NCBI RefSeq assembly: GCF_027921745.1
Contig: NC_079240.1
Span: forward strand, 558,001-622,000
DNA length: 64,000 nucleotides
From: Schizosaccharomyces osmophilus
Lineage: Eukaryota
Reading direction: 5' to 3'
Part shown: one piece after another, positions 10,630 through 22,550 of the stretch
Position numbering within the stretch: position 1 is the first letter of the stretch
Layout of the letters: every line of letters begins with the position of its first letter
Notes under the pieces: generated by a model
Told to the model about the DNA's origin: nothing
The model's input: only the letters and a program-made list of their open reading frames with translations
The model's database searches: none
Made by a program: the position numbers and the translations under genes

Positions 10630-11517
10630 TTATGAATCTGTGAATTGGGCTTCCGGCTCATCTTCTTTCTCCTTTGGAGATTCTGCTTCACTTATGACGT
10701 CCAGCTTTATTGCTTCTTCATTGTCGGTCAGGAAAGAACGTAGGTATGTTTTTGAGAATCTATGCATACCGACCAAATCAATCATCCACGAAAAAATGGC
10801 GCCAAACACCGGGAATTCTAAAAAGTCCAAGACACTGTAAAAGACAGCTTCTCCAATTGGCAAAGAGTAACCAATGCCTTCACACAAACCCCAGCTTACG
10901 AAATACAAAGCCCAAAGGACGAAAAAGTAAACGAGGGAACATATTAATCCAATTTTCGCTTTGCGTTTTAAAGGTTGAATATCATGCTTATAGGTTATAC
11001 AGGTATGCACAAGTGCACAAGCATAACCGACCAACGAAAAAGCGCAGAATCCCCAACGGTGAGTCGAGACAGTCATAGCTGCAGCTAACAAACATAGAAA
11101 GCATAACCAGATGTTAAATACAGTTACGAGGATCCGCATAAAGGAAACACCGGCGAAGTAAAATATGCTAGAAATCACCAAGGGGAAATTGATCATCCAT
11201 TGAATGTAGCGGACGAAGTAGACGACCCGAATCCTACGAAACCAAGTTGAAGTACTCAAGTTGACAAGCGTATATCCCAATTCACCAGCCATGCTAAAAT
11301 AAACGATGGCGGAAACCATGCATGTTACAGAATACACATAATAAAACATTCGTTTTGGTGGGCTGGAAAAGATCGAAACGATAGGATACACGATGGCACA
11401 AAACAAAAATATGGAAAAAACCGCCCAGTAATAGTCCGTTGCCGACTGCAACATGGTTATATCAAGGTGGCTTTTGTTCCATACGTCTGAAGGAATTTTT
11501 CCAACATTGCTATTCAT
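10630..11517 (-). CDS. mug73: Opsin-related 7-TM protein (fungal rhodopsin-like family)
   Basis: 295 aa; seven hydrophobic segments; YFVRYIQWMINFPL (helix C RYxxW); syntenic position. Confidence 0.88.
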   Translation of the reverse strand: MNSNVGKIPSDVWNKSHLDITMLQSATDYYWAVFSIFLFCAIVYPIVSIFSSPPKRMFYYVYSVTCMVSAIVYFSMAGELGYTLVNLSTSTWFRRIRVVYFVRYIQWMINFPLVISSIFYFAGVSFMRILVTVFNIWLCFLCLLAAAMTVSTHRWGFCAFSLVGYACALVHTCITYKHDIQPLKRKAKIGLICSLVYFFVLWALYFVSWGLCEGIGYSLPIGEAVFYSVLDFLEFPVFGAIFSWMIDLVGMHRFSKTYLRSFLTDNEEAIKLDVISEAESPKEKEDEPEAQFTDS

Positions 11518-12242
11518 AATTCTTCACGCACTTTTGTTGCTTTGCTTGAAACTTTCAAACCTCAGTTATTGCGTGCCGAATACGGTTCAAAAATAATATA
11601 CCAAATATAGAATAAAAGATATGTATACAATAAAAAAGAAGTATGCTGTTAAGAAGAAAAATTCAACACGGTGTAAACAAGCATCTGTTTGTGATATAAA
11701 TAAACAAACACTATTGACGCAAACAGTTGAGTTCGGTAATTCGTCAGGAAACTTTAAAGAAGGATGATGTGTTTATAATCACATTGAGCAAGCCCACATC
11801 TGTAATACTTTAACATGGACCTGAGGAAGACATAATGTCGAAGCGTCCGTAGATAGTCGAAGCGAAAATTCAGAATTCAAAAATTTCAAATATAAAGAAA
11901 TCGCCAGAATAGTAGTTGGCCAACAAATCTACAAATAAATAAATAAAAAAAAAAAAGGCTAATGATTATAACCTAACCCCATCGTGAAATAAAAAAAAAG
12001 TCGCTTATTATAATTAGTACATTGGCTAATACAGAGGAAAGATGAAGAGAGAATGAACGACGTAGTTTGTCAGCTTGTCATGCATTAGGCCACACGGAAA
12101 CATCAGAAAGATCCGATAATCATATATTCAGGGTATTTACGTACTTATTTTGAAAGGCATTCACGCTGTTGAGTATAGTGAAATCATAAAGGTACTTTCA
12201 TAAGAATCCTAAGTAAACATGTGAGGTATTTAAACCCTTATT

Positions 12243-12265
12243 AAAAAAAAAAAAAAAAAAAAAAA
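12243..12265 (+). repeat. Poly(A)23 tract
   Basis: Read directly from the sequence. Confidence 0.9.
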
Positions 12266-12356
12266 GAGGGCAACGTGGTAAAGTGACTAGCTGATTATGA
12301 AAGTAAAACCATATAAACTGTTTCAACGAAAGCTGAAATCAGAGCTTCATAAATAA

Positions 12357-13091
12357 TTATTTGCTAGAAGCGCTGCTGAAACGTTCAGCACGCTTCTTGG
12401 CTTTTTCTGCTTCAGCTGGATCTTCCAGGATTGAGCTTTTGCGTTTTTGTCCAGTCGTCTGGTTCTGATGCTGTTGACGAAATTTTTGCCTTCCACGCTT
12501 ATCCAAACGCCCTTTACGGGAACGAGATAACTCCCCGTTCATTTGTTCAGCAACAGGTGTGGTTTGTACACCAAACCGAGTGGCACGAGCAGCCTTTTTT
12601 ATCTGGTCATCATTCATTGGCAGTCCGAATCGCTTAGCACGTTCTACAAGCTTAGCTTGCTCAGCTGCCAATAACTCAGGGTTTTGGAAGTCTTTCGTAT
12701 CATCTGCTGTTGACTCTTCAGTGCTAGGCTCTGGCTTTTCGCTCGATCCTGAAGCACCTGGTTTTTCCTTTTGCTGATCTTCGGTCGATTCTTCATTTGC
12801 AGGCTCTCCTTCAGTCTTGGGGGCTTCCTCTTCTGAAGGCTTGGAAGGTTCTTCCACGGCAGCAGTATCATTGTCCATATCTCCCCAATCAATGTCATCC
12901 TCGGGGGGAGCTAAATCACCTAAATCAGCATCGTTGTTTTTATTAGCATCCTCCTTTGATGCTTCAGGCTTTCCTTCCTCTGAGCCAGTCAGTCTAGCAA
13001 CTAATTCATTTTTATTTCCGTTCGTGGAGAGCCCCTTTTCAGCTAGTCTTTCACGTAAATCAGCTACTTTCAAGTTTTTCAGATCAGACAT
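12357..13091 (-). CDS. SAP-domain RNA-binding protein, Tho1/CIP29 family (S. pombe Mlo1-like)
   Basis: N-terminal SAP domain LKVADLRERLAEKGLSTNGNKNELVARL; repeated RAKRFG/RATRFG/RAERF motifs. Confidence 0.88.
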   Translation of the reverse strand: MSDLKNLKVADLRERLAEKGLSTNGNKNELVARLTGSEEGKPEASKEDANKNNDADLGDLAPPEDDIDWGDMDNDTAAVEEPSKPSEEEAPKTEGEPANEESTEDQQKEKPGASGSSEKPEPSTEESTADDTKDFQNPELLAAEQAKLVERAKRFGLPMNDDQIKKAARATRFGVQTTPVAEQMNGELSRSRKGRLDKRGRQKFRQQHQNQTTGQKRKSSILEDPAEAEKAKKRAERFSSASSK

Positions 13092-13674
13092 ATCTAGAAC
13101 TTAGCGTTTTTCGACTTTTTTTGTCTATTAACAAAAGCGTCAAAGTTGTAGGTGAGCGTAGACGAGCCCAATATGAACAGGGCTGGAATATAGTGAGCTT
13201 TTACGAGACACGATTTGGAGACTTATAGGTTTATACCAAATTATAAATAATTGCGTTAATAAATAAATTCCATATTTTACAAGCGCAAAAAAGTAGTGTA
13301 TGAGAGAACTCTTCAAAGTGCGCGAAATAAGAATGCTAATTGTCTTGATGCATGCCTTTCGTGGCAAAATATTACTAGATTCTGCACAAAAACCTTAGAT
13401 ACCCTTCATCGTAACTTGGCAAACAAGCTGCGGACAAAATTCACGCACAGCACTAACATTTAAATTACTGTCTATGTATACATGCTTGTTCATACAAAGT
13501 GTATCATCCATCTATCTCGTAAATGCTAGGTGATAATTCTTTATTAAGCCATTGTACGTGTTGTAACCAAAACAAGGTATTTAGTTCAAGGAATATGCTC
13601 CTAAATCTCCATAAATACCCCGGTTCTATTAAAAACAAAAATAAATTCTTTTCAGTCCTATCAAAGAACACTTT

Positions 13675-14240
13675 TTACTCTTGAGGGATCTCAATGTCAC
13701 CACTGTCAATCTCCTTTTGAACATCATGAGGGTTCTTACCTTCAACGGTGCAACCGACGGAGAAAGCAGTACCGAGGACCTCCTTAACAGTACCAGAAAG
13801 TTCCTTGGCAAGAGACTTGAAGCGCATAGTACGTGCAACTTCAACAATCTCGTCAATAGAAACGTTACCAGAGTGGACAACACCCTTGTCCTTCTTTCTG
13901 TCACGAGCGGGCTCCTTCAAAGCCTTGATAACCAAAGCGGAGGCGGAAGGAACGACGGAGACGGCGGCTTGACGGTTTTGGATGGTCAACTTGACGGTAA
14001 CACGAAGACCCTTCCAGTCCTTAGTAGCCTTGGCGATATCTTCACCAACCTTCTTAGGAGACAAACCCAAGGGACCAATCTTAGGAGCAAGAGTAGAACC
14101 ACCGGCAACTTCACCACCGACGGCTCTCATGATTACGGTCTTCACTTCATTGGGATCAAACTAATAATATGTTAAAAACTTTATTCTTCTAAGGCGAACT
14201 CTTTTTACAATTCATGATAAACACTTACTTTAGGAGGCAT
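13675..14240 (-). CDS. rpl1202: 60S ribosomal protein L12 (uL11), 2 exons
   Basis: Exon 1 14240-14229 (MPPK), intron GTAAGT..TAG, exon 2 14160-13675 ([18 protein letters not shown]...). Confidence 0.96.
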
Positions 14241-14292
14241 CTTGCTCTTTGTTAAGGAGTATGGTAGAGGTGTAAATTTCTTGTTTGTTATA

Positions 14293-14300
14293 TGTGACTG
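14293..14300 (-). promoter_or_regulatory. Homol D box (TGTGACTG)
   Basis: Exact match 53 bp upstream of the rpl12 ATG. Confidence 0.85.
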
Positions 14301-15327
14301 TTTGTATCACCCGTGACTATTCTATCGTATGTTACTTGATATACTCATACAAGTAGCAAGTTTTATTTGTAAACAAACATGAGAAAACATTTGAAATGAA
14401 ACAAAATGAACGAATGGGATAAAATGAGATTAGAATATAGAATATGGATTTTCGAACGCAAATCGTAACCAATTTGGATTCTTTTGTAAAAAACCGAACT
14501 TATGAAACATTATGTAGTATAATTTATTCACCTGGTGTGAATTCCTCTAAACCATAGCGTTCAAGCTGGTTGATAAACAGGCTCTTAAACATTAAGTAAA
14601 TTAATATTTTTATTGTCATTTTTGATACACCATTTTGCTCCTTCCCAATCCTTTTTGAGGGTTTACTTGTAGAAACATAATGAACGTATGCTTAGACTAT
14701 TCATCTTACATTTTCTTTAAGCATTAAGTCCTTTGCAGTTCTATATATTATATACTTAGAGACACTAACGAAGCTTTATACTTAGTGTAGCAATATTACT
14801 TGATAATTTATATTCGTTTGCACCTACTTCACAGAACAAAACAAGAGTGAATATAGCATGAAATCTAGAGATTAGAAGGAATAATTTAAAACCAAGTTAC
14901 TCTTACAACATACCAACAAAGTATACAAAATGCAAAAAATTACACTGCTTTCGGATCCTGCAACTATTTCATCTGTGACAACCGCCTGAAATGAAACCCT
15001 AAAAACGTTACCAAAACTTTTTTTTGTTTTTTTTTTTCTTTTTCCATTGTTTCACAAATTCTATTCCCATTCTGTTATAACAACATTGTGGACCATTTAT
15101 ATATAAGGTCCAATTATTTTAACAACCATAGACTCCTTTTTCACAAAGTAAAACTTAAACCCAGTACCAGTACTAGTATACAACAAAAGGAAATAAATTT
15201 TCTATAATAACATTTTAGCGCTTTTGTGGTCCGACTGAATGATTATCCTTCCAGTTAAACGTATATACTCATTTTGTTGCAAGCATGAATTAAAAAGGAT
15301 CATAAATTGAAACTTTTATAAAGCTCC

Positions 15328-16660
15328 TTAATTATTTTTTGATTTTTTAAAGCCGCTCATCACAGATTTGGGTTCTTTGCCGGCTAAGGGATGGTTGCGG
15401 GCACGCTTTTCAGCAGGCTTCAAAATCTAAATTTATTGAGTCAGCATAACTTCTTGAAAAAAAATTATTTAGTACCTGAAAACTGCAAAGTAGATCTTCA
15501 TTGACACTCATCATAGCACCAACGTTGTCGAACTCTCCACAATAGTTTGGAGCGCTGAAAATTGTCACAAGCAAGCGCTTAGCAAAAAATTCGTAACCGT
15601 CTTCAACTACTTGGTGAGCCCTACAAACCAAGTCCATATCCTGTTTTTGCAAAAACCGATTTACGACATCAGCTCCGAAAGTATATGAAACTCCTCTGTC
15701 ATTATCACCCCAACCTTTCACATCTTTCTCAGGATCAGACCACAACAGATCGCATAATAAGCCTGTGTCGGGGATATCTGTAGGACGAATAATCCGTTGG
15801 ATTTGCTCCATGGCATTCAAGTCCGGGGAAAGGCCACCATGCATACAAAATATTTTTTCATCAACAATTGCAGCAACGGGCATACAATTGAAGCAATCGG
15901 TAAATAGCTTCCATATTTTTATATTATAGCGACGTTTGCATTCGTCATAAAATCCATAAATACGATTGATACTAGCACATTCATGGTTGCCACGAAGAAG
16001 GAAGAAGTTTTCGGGATACTTTATCTTAAAGGCAAACAAGAGACATATAACTTCAAGGCTTTGTTTTCCTCGATCAACATAATCTCCCAAGAACAAATAG
16101 TTTGCATCAGGAGGAAATCCTCCATATTCAAATAATCGTAGCAAGTCTGAATACTGACCGTGTATGTCACCACATATCTACAAAACGGGTTAGAAAGCTT
16201 ACTCCATGGTTTGTCTTCAAAGTAAGAGAAAAGATAATAAGCATGGTAGAGGGTCATCAAGGCTAGAGATATATATATCCGAATCTTCATAATGGCAATT
16301 AAAGTCGTTTCCAAACGTAGGTTTCTCAAACATTATGAAATACATCACGTAGATTTTTAGAAAAAGGACACCCAACCACAATTCTACCCACACCAACAGA
16401 GTCCAAATAAGTAAATGTCCAAAGTTCATACCTTTAAAGGGGCCTCCAATTCTAACAGCATTGGCTGATTTAGAAATAAAGAACGGGCAGTCGTACATAA
16501 ATAACGAATTTCTGCTTCCGTTAATTGAGCTTGGCGGCCTGGTTTAACATGCTGCACTATTTTTTTTTTTCGTTAGCAAAAGAAACACCGAGATCATAGA
16601 AGTCCATAACTACAAACCTTTTATAAGCTTTTCTATTATAGTATCAATATCATAATCCAT
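15328..16660 (-). CDS. sds21: Protein phosphatase 1 catalytic subunit (4 exons, 322 aa)
   Basis: Exons 16660-16618, 16556-16432, 16177-15476, 15426-15328; GDIHG, GDYVDRG, RGNHE and SAPNYC motifs; MDYDID start and KKSKNN end as in Sds21. Confidence 0.95.
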
Positions 16661-17704
16661 GTTTTGTTATGATTTCAACCGCAATTCCCCAGCAAAAGAA
16701 AAACCACCCAAATGTGATGTTTGGCTTGTGTTGAGTAGATTTCATAAAACACAAGTCAAGAAGCCGAAAGCCCAAACTTCCTGTATTTCCCTGGAAGTTT
16801 AACTGAATTTCTCCGAAGTAAAAGAAGATTAATCTAGTGATATTTATTCCTGAAAATGTGCTTTAAAGGATTTACATGGTCGGACTACTTAAAGATTTGT
16901 TTTCCTTCATTGCAGATTCCTTAAAGAAATGCAAAAGCAGTAAATTCTTAGTAGTATAAGTTTAAACTGAATCGTAAACTCTTTATTTCAGAGACTGGTT
17001 TGTCAAATTTTTAAAAGCCAAGTTACGAAGCAGCGAAAGAAAACCAGTTTGGTGTCTCCTAAATTTCAAAATGAAGACCAGTAAAAAATGTAACATTCGT
17101 ATCTAAGGACGGAATTTACGACTCGAGAAATTACACCCTTTGGTTTTCTCCCTTTCAACGGTGCTTGTTACATTGTATGCTTGTTGAAAGGCAGATACAA
17201 AAAAAAAAGGGTTTCAATGATAAAGATGAATTTCTATAAGATAACTAGTTATATTTGAAAAAGGTGAATTTCGTCAAGGCCCAGTAATTTTGAGGAGTAA
17301 ACGAGAACGCAATCTTATTTTTGACGTCCCAAGCAAAATACTATTACTATTGACAATTATTTTGTGTCTAAACATAAAGGAAAATCTGTCAGGACTCGTC
17401 GTTCTACCACTGTCGTTTTCCTCCTTTAACCCAACACTTTTGCGTATCTGATCGGGAAGGTTTTACCAAGAAAAATGAGACTTGTGTAAACGGATCGGAA
17501 ACGAAATAATACTCTTTCATCCTTGTATGTCGCTTTAACTCATAGGGCTAAATTCAAGATAAATCTGAAACTTTTTCTGCGAATTGCCAGCAGGGAAGAT
17601 AATACTTCTTGTATTTTGTTCCAATCCGATTGAGATCGATCATGAATTTTTATTAGCTTGATACTTACATACAATAGGAATGCCATAACCCAAAGCTTCC
17701 AACA

Positions 17705-19087
17705 ATGCTCTATACGAAACCTGCTTCTAAAGCAGTATATCTGTGGTACATATTCGATGTGACTAGTCTATCCATGGTAAATGTTGCCTGTCTACAACTC
17801 ATACAAATGCTGTTGGCATCTCATTATCATGTACCTACTGAAGAGGTTCGAGAAAAACTTGTAGTCGTGACCACATTTGCCAGTGTTCTTCAATATCTAG
17901 CGGCTACTTTCGTTGTTCCGGTCTATTCTCTTGTTATAAAACGGTTTTCGCCATGGTTTACCGTTTTATTTACTTGGCTAGGAGAAGAGTATATGCTAAT
18001 TTCGTCAATTCTTGCTCTCTTGTACTTCAAAAATGCTTCCCAGATTGTCCATATCATTGTTTACTCAATCTCTTTAATGCAAGGGCTGTCAGGAGCTGGC
18101 CCTTCTATTCGTGCCAGTTGGAAAGCTATTGCTCATGCCTCATATATTGATGAGCCGTTTGTCCTTTTCGTTACTTCTATTCCAATGTTTTCTTTTTTCT
18201 TGGGTCCTTTCTTCGCGAGTTTTTTGCTCTCTCATATATCCCTCTTTCAGTTATACATTCTGGCCTGGCTATTACATTTTGTTAGCGGCGTTACCTTTTC
18301 ATTAGCTTTTTATCATTCCCCCTCTTTTCCTTCTTTGTCTTTAGAAACGCAGCCTCTCTTTGCTACCTTTGAGGCCCTTGAAGAAGTAAATTGTCCTGGT
18401 TCGTTTCCCTCCGACGATGAAAATCAGAGACATAATTTCAATCTTCACCTAATTTCTAATGTATACAAGAATTATACTAAGAATATAAAAAATGTACTAT
18501 TTAACTCGTACTTTTTCCAACTGACACTTACTTGTCGCTTGCTGTTATTGTCCTTCGTTTTTTACATGCCTTCTGCCGTTTTTTTCGATTATTATGTTCA
18601 ATATTTGCTTAATGTTATCAAATTTTCCTTGGAAAAAGTTACCTTTATCAGTTCTATTCAAACGTTTGGCACGTTGCTAACTTGCTCTGTCTTGACATAT
18701 CTGTCTGCTTTTGATGATTTGACGACAAAAGATTTCCATTATATCTTATTTGGAGGTACGCTTATCCTTTCAGCATTGACTATGGCCTATTACTGGGCTC
18801 TAGAACCTTTCATTCCCTTCCTAGCGTTTTTGCATGGAATGTCTCGTTCAATGGAGCCAGTTTTTCATTCCCTGCTAACCATCTACGCTCCTCTTGAATC
18901 TTTGCATGATTATTGGAGGCTTTCTGCCATACTAGAAGCCTTCTCTACTTGCTTTTCCTACATTTGTTTAGCGTATTGCTATCTACAAGGCACAGAAAAG
19001 AAACATTTCCTGTTTTTCCTTGGCCCCGCTTTTCTTGCCTTAATTTCTTGTTTTAGCTCTCTTCTGTTTCATAAGTATTCGTCTTAG
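17705..19087 (+). CDS. mug111: Divergent major facilitator superfamily transporter
   Basis: 460 aa; about 12 hydrophobic segments split by a central loop; syntenic position between sds21 and sec231. Confidence 0.8.
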   Translation: MLYTKPASKAVYLWYIFDVTSLSMVNVACLQLIQMLLASHYHVPTEEVREKLVVVTTFASVLQYLAATFVVPVYSLVIKRFSPWFTVLFTWLGEEYMLISSILALLYFKNASQIVHIIVYSISLMQGLSGAGPSIRASWKAIAHASYIDEPFVLFVTSIPMFSFFLGPFFASFLLSHISLFQLYILAWLLHFVSGVTFSLAFYHSPSFPSLSLETQPLFATFEALEEVNCPGSFPSDDENQRHNFNLHLISNVYKNYTKNIKNVLFNSYFFQLTLTCRLLLLSFVFYMPSAVFFDYYVQYLLNVIKFSLEKVTFISSIQTFGTLLTCSVLTYLSAFDDLTTKDFHYILFGGTLILSALTMAYYWALEPFIPFLAFLHGMSRSMEPVFHSLLTIYAPLESLHDYWRLSAILEAFSTCFSYICLAYCYLQGTEKKHFLFFLGPAFLALISCFSSLLFHKYSS

Positions 19088-19627
19088 ATATGAGCTCTCA
19101 GCAGTGAACGAGCTGGACTCTTAGATGTCGACGATAATTGTATTTATTCACTTTGAGTCACTATCCAGCAACTTTACGAACGTAAACCTAAAGATATATG
19201 TACGTATTTCTAAAAAAAAGTCTTTTATATTTCAGAAACCAGTGCTGTACTTGTTGAATATCGTGAAGCCAACCAATTTTTATGTTCGTCAACAAGAAGA
19301 ACATATTCAGTTAGTCAAAATTTTCCTTTTTTTCAATATGTATTATGTTATTTAAAGCAGGATATTCCATTCTCGAAACAACTGAAGACGATTCACTAGA
19401 TTATTTTGTTTTATGTATCAAAAATAAGTTACCATCAAAACACTTCCCAATATCTGATAATAATTTCAACACAATCGAATTATTTACATAAATAAATATT
19501 AAGCCAAATAATCGTCAGAGGATATTCAATACCGTCTTATCCCGACACCAGGAATTGTTATCCATAGCCCGAACACTTACCCACCTCCCACATCCAACCT
19601 CCAAAACGGTTGTGGTTCTTTACAACG

Positions 19628-22120
19628 ATGAATTTTGAGGAAATTGAAGAGCGAGATGGTTCGTATTATTGAAATAGTATTTAACATGATTATTAACATA
19701 CTTCTTCAGGGATCCGTTTTACTTGGAATGCGTTTCCATCAACTAGAATTGAAAGCTCTAGGACAATCGTCCCAATTTCTGCTCTCTACAAGCCTTTAAA
19801 CCCTAGACCTGACTTACCGCCAGTCCTTTATGAACCGGTGACTTGTAAAGCTCCATGCAAAGCAATTTTGAATCCTTTTTGGTAAGAATGGTTATATTCA
19901 TCTCAAAGGCATCACGAATAGTAGGCTAACTTGCTCGCAGCCACCTTGACACTCGTGCTAAATTTTGGATATGTAAGTAACTAATTTATTCGACAAGATG
20001 ATTATGGGAAAGACCCGTAAATAGTGGACACCAAGACAAATGTTGGAAATCTAACTGGTATTTTAGGTCCATTTTGCTTGCAAAGAAACATGCTGCCACC
20101 GCAATACAAGGACGTATCAAGCACTAGCCTTCCTTTGGAGTTACTTCCTGAATTCTCTACCATTGAGTATACTCTTCCCAGACCACCACAACTCCCCCCT
20201 GTGTTCCTTTTTGTTGTGGATTTATGTCAGGATCAAGAAAATTTGCAATCATTGAAGGATTCCCTTATTATTAGCTTGAGCTTGCTTCCTCCCGAGTGTT
20301 TGGTTGGTTTAATTACCTTTGGTACTATGGTCGATGTTTATGAGCTTGGATACACCGAATGTTCCAAATCATATGTCTTCCGCGGATCAAAGGATTATAG
20401 TTCTAAACAGGTGCAAGAGATGTTGGGATTGCCTGTTAGTTCTGCTGCTGCTGCTGCGCCAATTGCTTTACAACAAGCTCGCGCCGTTTCTGGCGGTATA
20501 ACCGCCTCTCGTTTCCTTTTACCAATTCAGCAATGCGAGTTTCAGTTAACTAGCATTCTCGAACAGCTTCAACCTGACTCATGGCCTGTTGCTAATGATA
20601 GGCGCCCTCAGCGTTGCACAGGAACTGCTCTTAACATTGCCGTTAGCATGATGGAAAGTAGCTGTAATAATAGTGGTGGCCGCATTATGGTTTTTGCTGG
20701 CGGTCCCAGTACTGTTGGGCCTGGTATGGTTGTTTCCACTGAGCTCCGTGAACCTATCCGTTCTCACCACGACGTTGAGCGTGATCAAGCTAAGCATATG
20801 AAGAAAGCTTTGCGTTTTTATGAAAACCTTAGTAAACGAGTTAGTGCCAATGGTCACGTTGTCGACATTTTAGCTGGCTGCTTGGATCAAATTGGTATGA
20901 TGGAAATGAGAAGCTTATCTGCTAGTACTGGAGGTTATTTGGTACTTTCTGATTCCTTTACGACATCTATCTTTAAACAAAGTTTCCAACGTATATTTTC
21001 CCGCGATGCTTTTGGACACCTAGCTTTAGGCTTCAATGGCAGTATGGAGGTGGTTACAAGCAAAGAATTGAAGATATCCGGCCTGATTGGAAATGCCGTC
21101 TCGTTGAACAAGAAAGCCCAAAATGTCGGTGATACCGAAATTGGTCTTGGTAATACGAACAGTTGGAAGATGTGTGGTCTATCTCCTAAGTCTGCTTTTG
21201 CTCTCTATTTTGAAGTTGCTACGCAAACCGCTGCTGCACCTCAAAGTAATGATAAGGGCTTAATTCAATTTCTCACCCTATACCAACATTCCTCTAACAC
21301 TTTCCGTTTGCGTGTTACTACTTCGGCCCGTGCTTTCGCTGACGGTGGAAGCCCATTAATCATTAATTCCTTTGACCAGGAAACCGCTGCTGTAGCTATG
21401 GCACGAATTGCTGCTTTCAAGGCCGAAGTTGACGATGGACCGGACGTTCTTCGCTGGACTGATCGAATGCTAATTAAACTTTGCCAGAAATTTGCTGAGT
21501 ATAGAAAGGATGATCCCGCTAGCTTCCGTCTCTCCTCTCAATTTACTCTTTATCCTCAATTTATGTACTATCTTCGACGTAGCCCTTTTCTTCAAATTTT
21601 CAACAACTCACCGGATGAAACTGCCTTCTACCGTCATATGTTGAACATTGAAGATGTTAACAATGCTTTGATTATGATTCAGCCCACTTTACTTTCGTTT
21701 TCTCTAGAACATCCTGATGGTAAGCCAGTGTTATTAGATGCAGTTTCTGTAAAGTCTGATGCAATTCTTTTACTTGATACCTTCTTCCATATTCTTATTT
21801 TCCACGGTGATACGATTGCCCAGTGGAGAAACGCTGGTTATCATGAGAAACCTGAATATGCAAACCTTAAAGAATTACTGCAAGGTCCTAGAGTTGAGGC
21901 TGCCGAATTACTAGTTGACAGGTTCCCGATTCCCAGATTTATTGTATGCGATCAAGGTGGTAGTCAAGGACGTTTCTTGCTTTCACGCATTAACCCATCA
22001 GAAACCCACAACTCTGCCACTATTTATGGTGCTCCTTCCGCTCATGCAGTTTTAACCGACGACGTATCATTACAAGTATTTATGAGCCATCTTAAGAAGC
22101 TTGCTGTTGCTGTTTCTTGA
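19628..22120 (+). CDS. sec231: COPII coat subunit Sec23 (4 exons)
   Basis: Exons 19628-19658, 19710-19881, 19941-19972, 20067-22120; [23 protein letters not shown]; zinc finger [29 protein letters not shown] end. Confidence 0.96.
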
Positions 22121-22494
22121 ACGTAATTTTATGCCGGTAAATAGCTTTACCTTTAATGATCTCGGCTGTTTATATGCATTTATTCAGGGTTTTTACTATC
22201 TAGGTAAACGTTGTTAGGATGTTTACTATGATTTTTTATAGCCTTTTTTTTATGTCTTAAGAAAAATCGACTATCTTTTACCTTATAGTGCGTTCATTTT
22301 CATGGCTATAGGTAAACTAAATATTCTAGGAGCTACGTTACTTTGCCTGTTCTAATAAAAGTACTATTTAAAGAAAAATTGTCACTGAGTTCAGTACAAT
22401 AAAGTAAGCTATATGAGGACTTTAAGAGTTTTATTTGATTGTTTATGTTTACACTTTTTTAGCGTCTGATGTTTATTGACTTAGCTAGCTAAAT

Positions 22495-22505
22495 GTAAAC
22501 AAACA
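22495..22505 (+). promoter_or_regulatory. FLEX (Mei4/forkhead) element GTAAACAAACA
   Basis: Exact consensus about 45 bp upstream of ATG 22551; second core TGTTTAC at 22446-22452. Confidence 0.75.
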
Positions 22506-22550
22506 AAGCACCTCTTTTGGCAAAAGTCTTCTATCATTTCAGTATCCCAT

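Noticed and set aside
16178..16431. Long (254-nt) sds21 intron 2 as a possible snoRNA host
   Set aside because: No C box paired with a CTGA D box on the sense strand, and no evident H/ACA architecture
20024..20066. ORF-track start of Sec23 (MDTKTNV...)
   Set aside because: Lies in intron 3; the true start is ATG 19628
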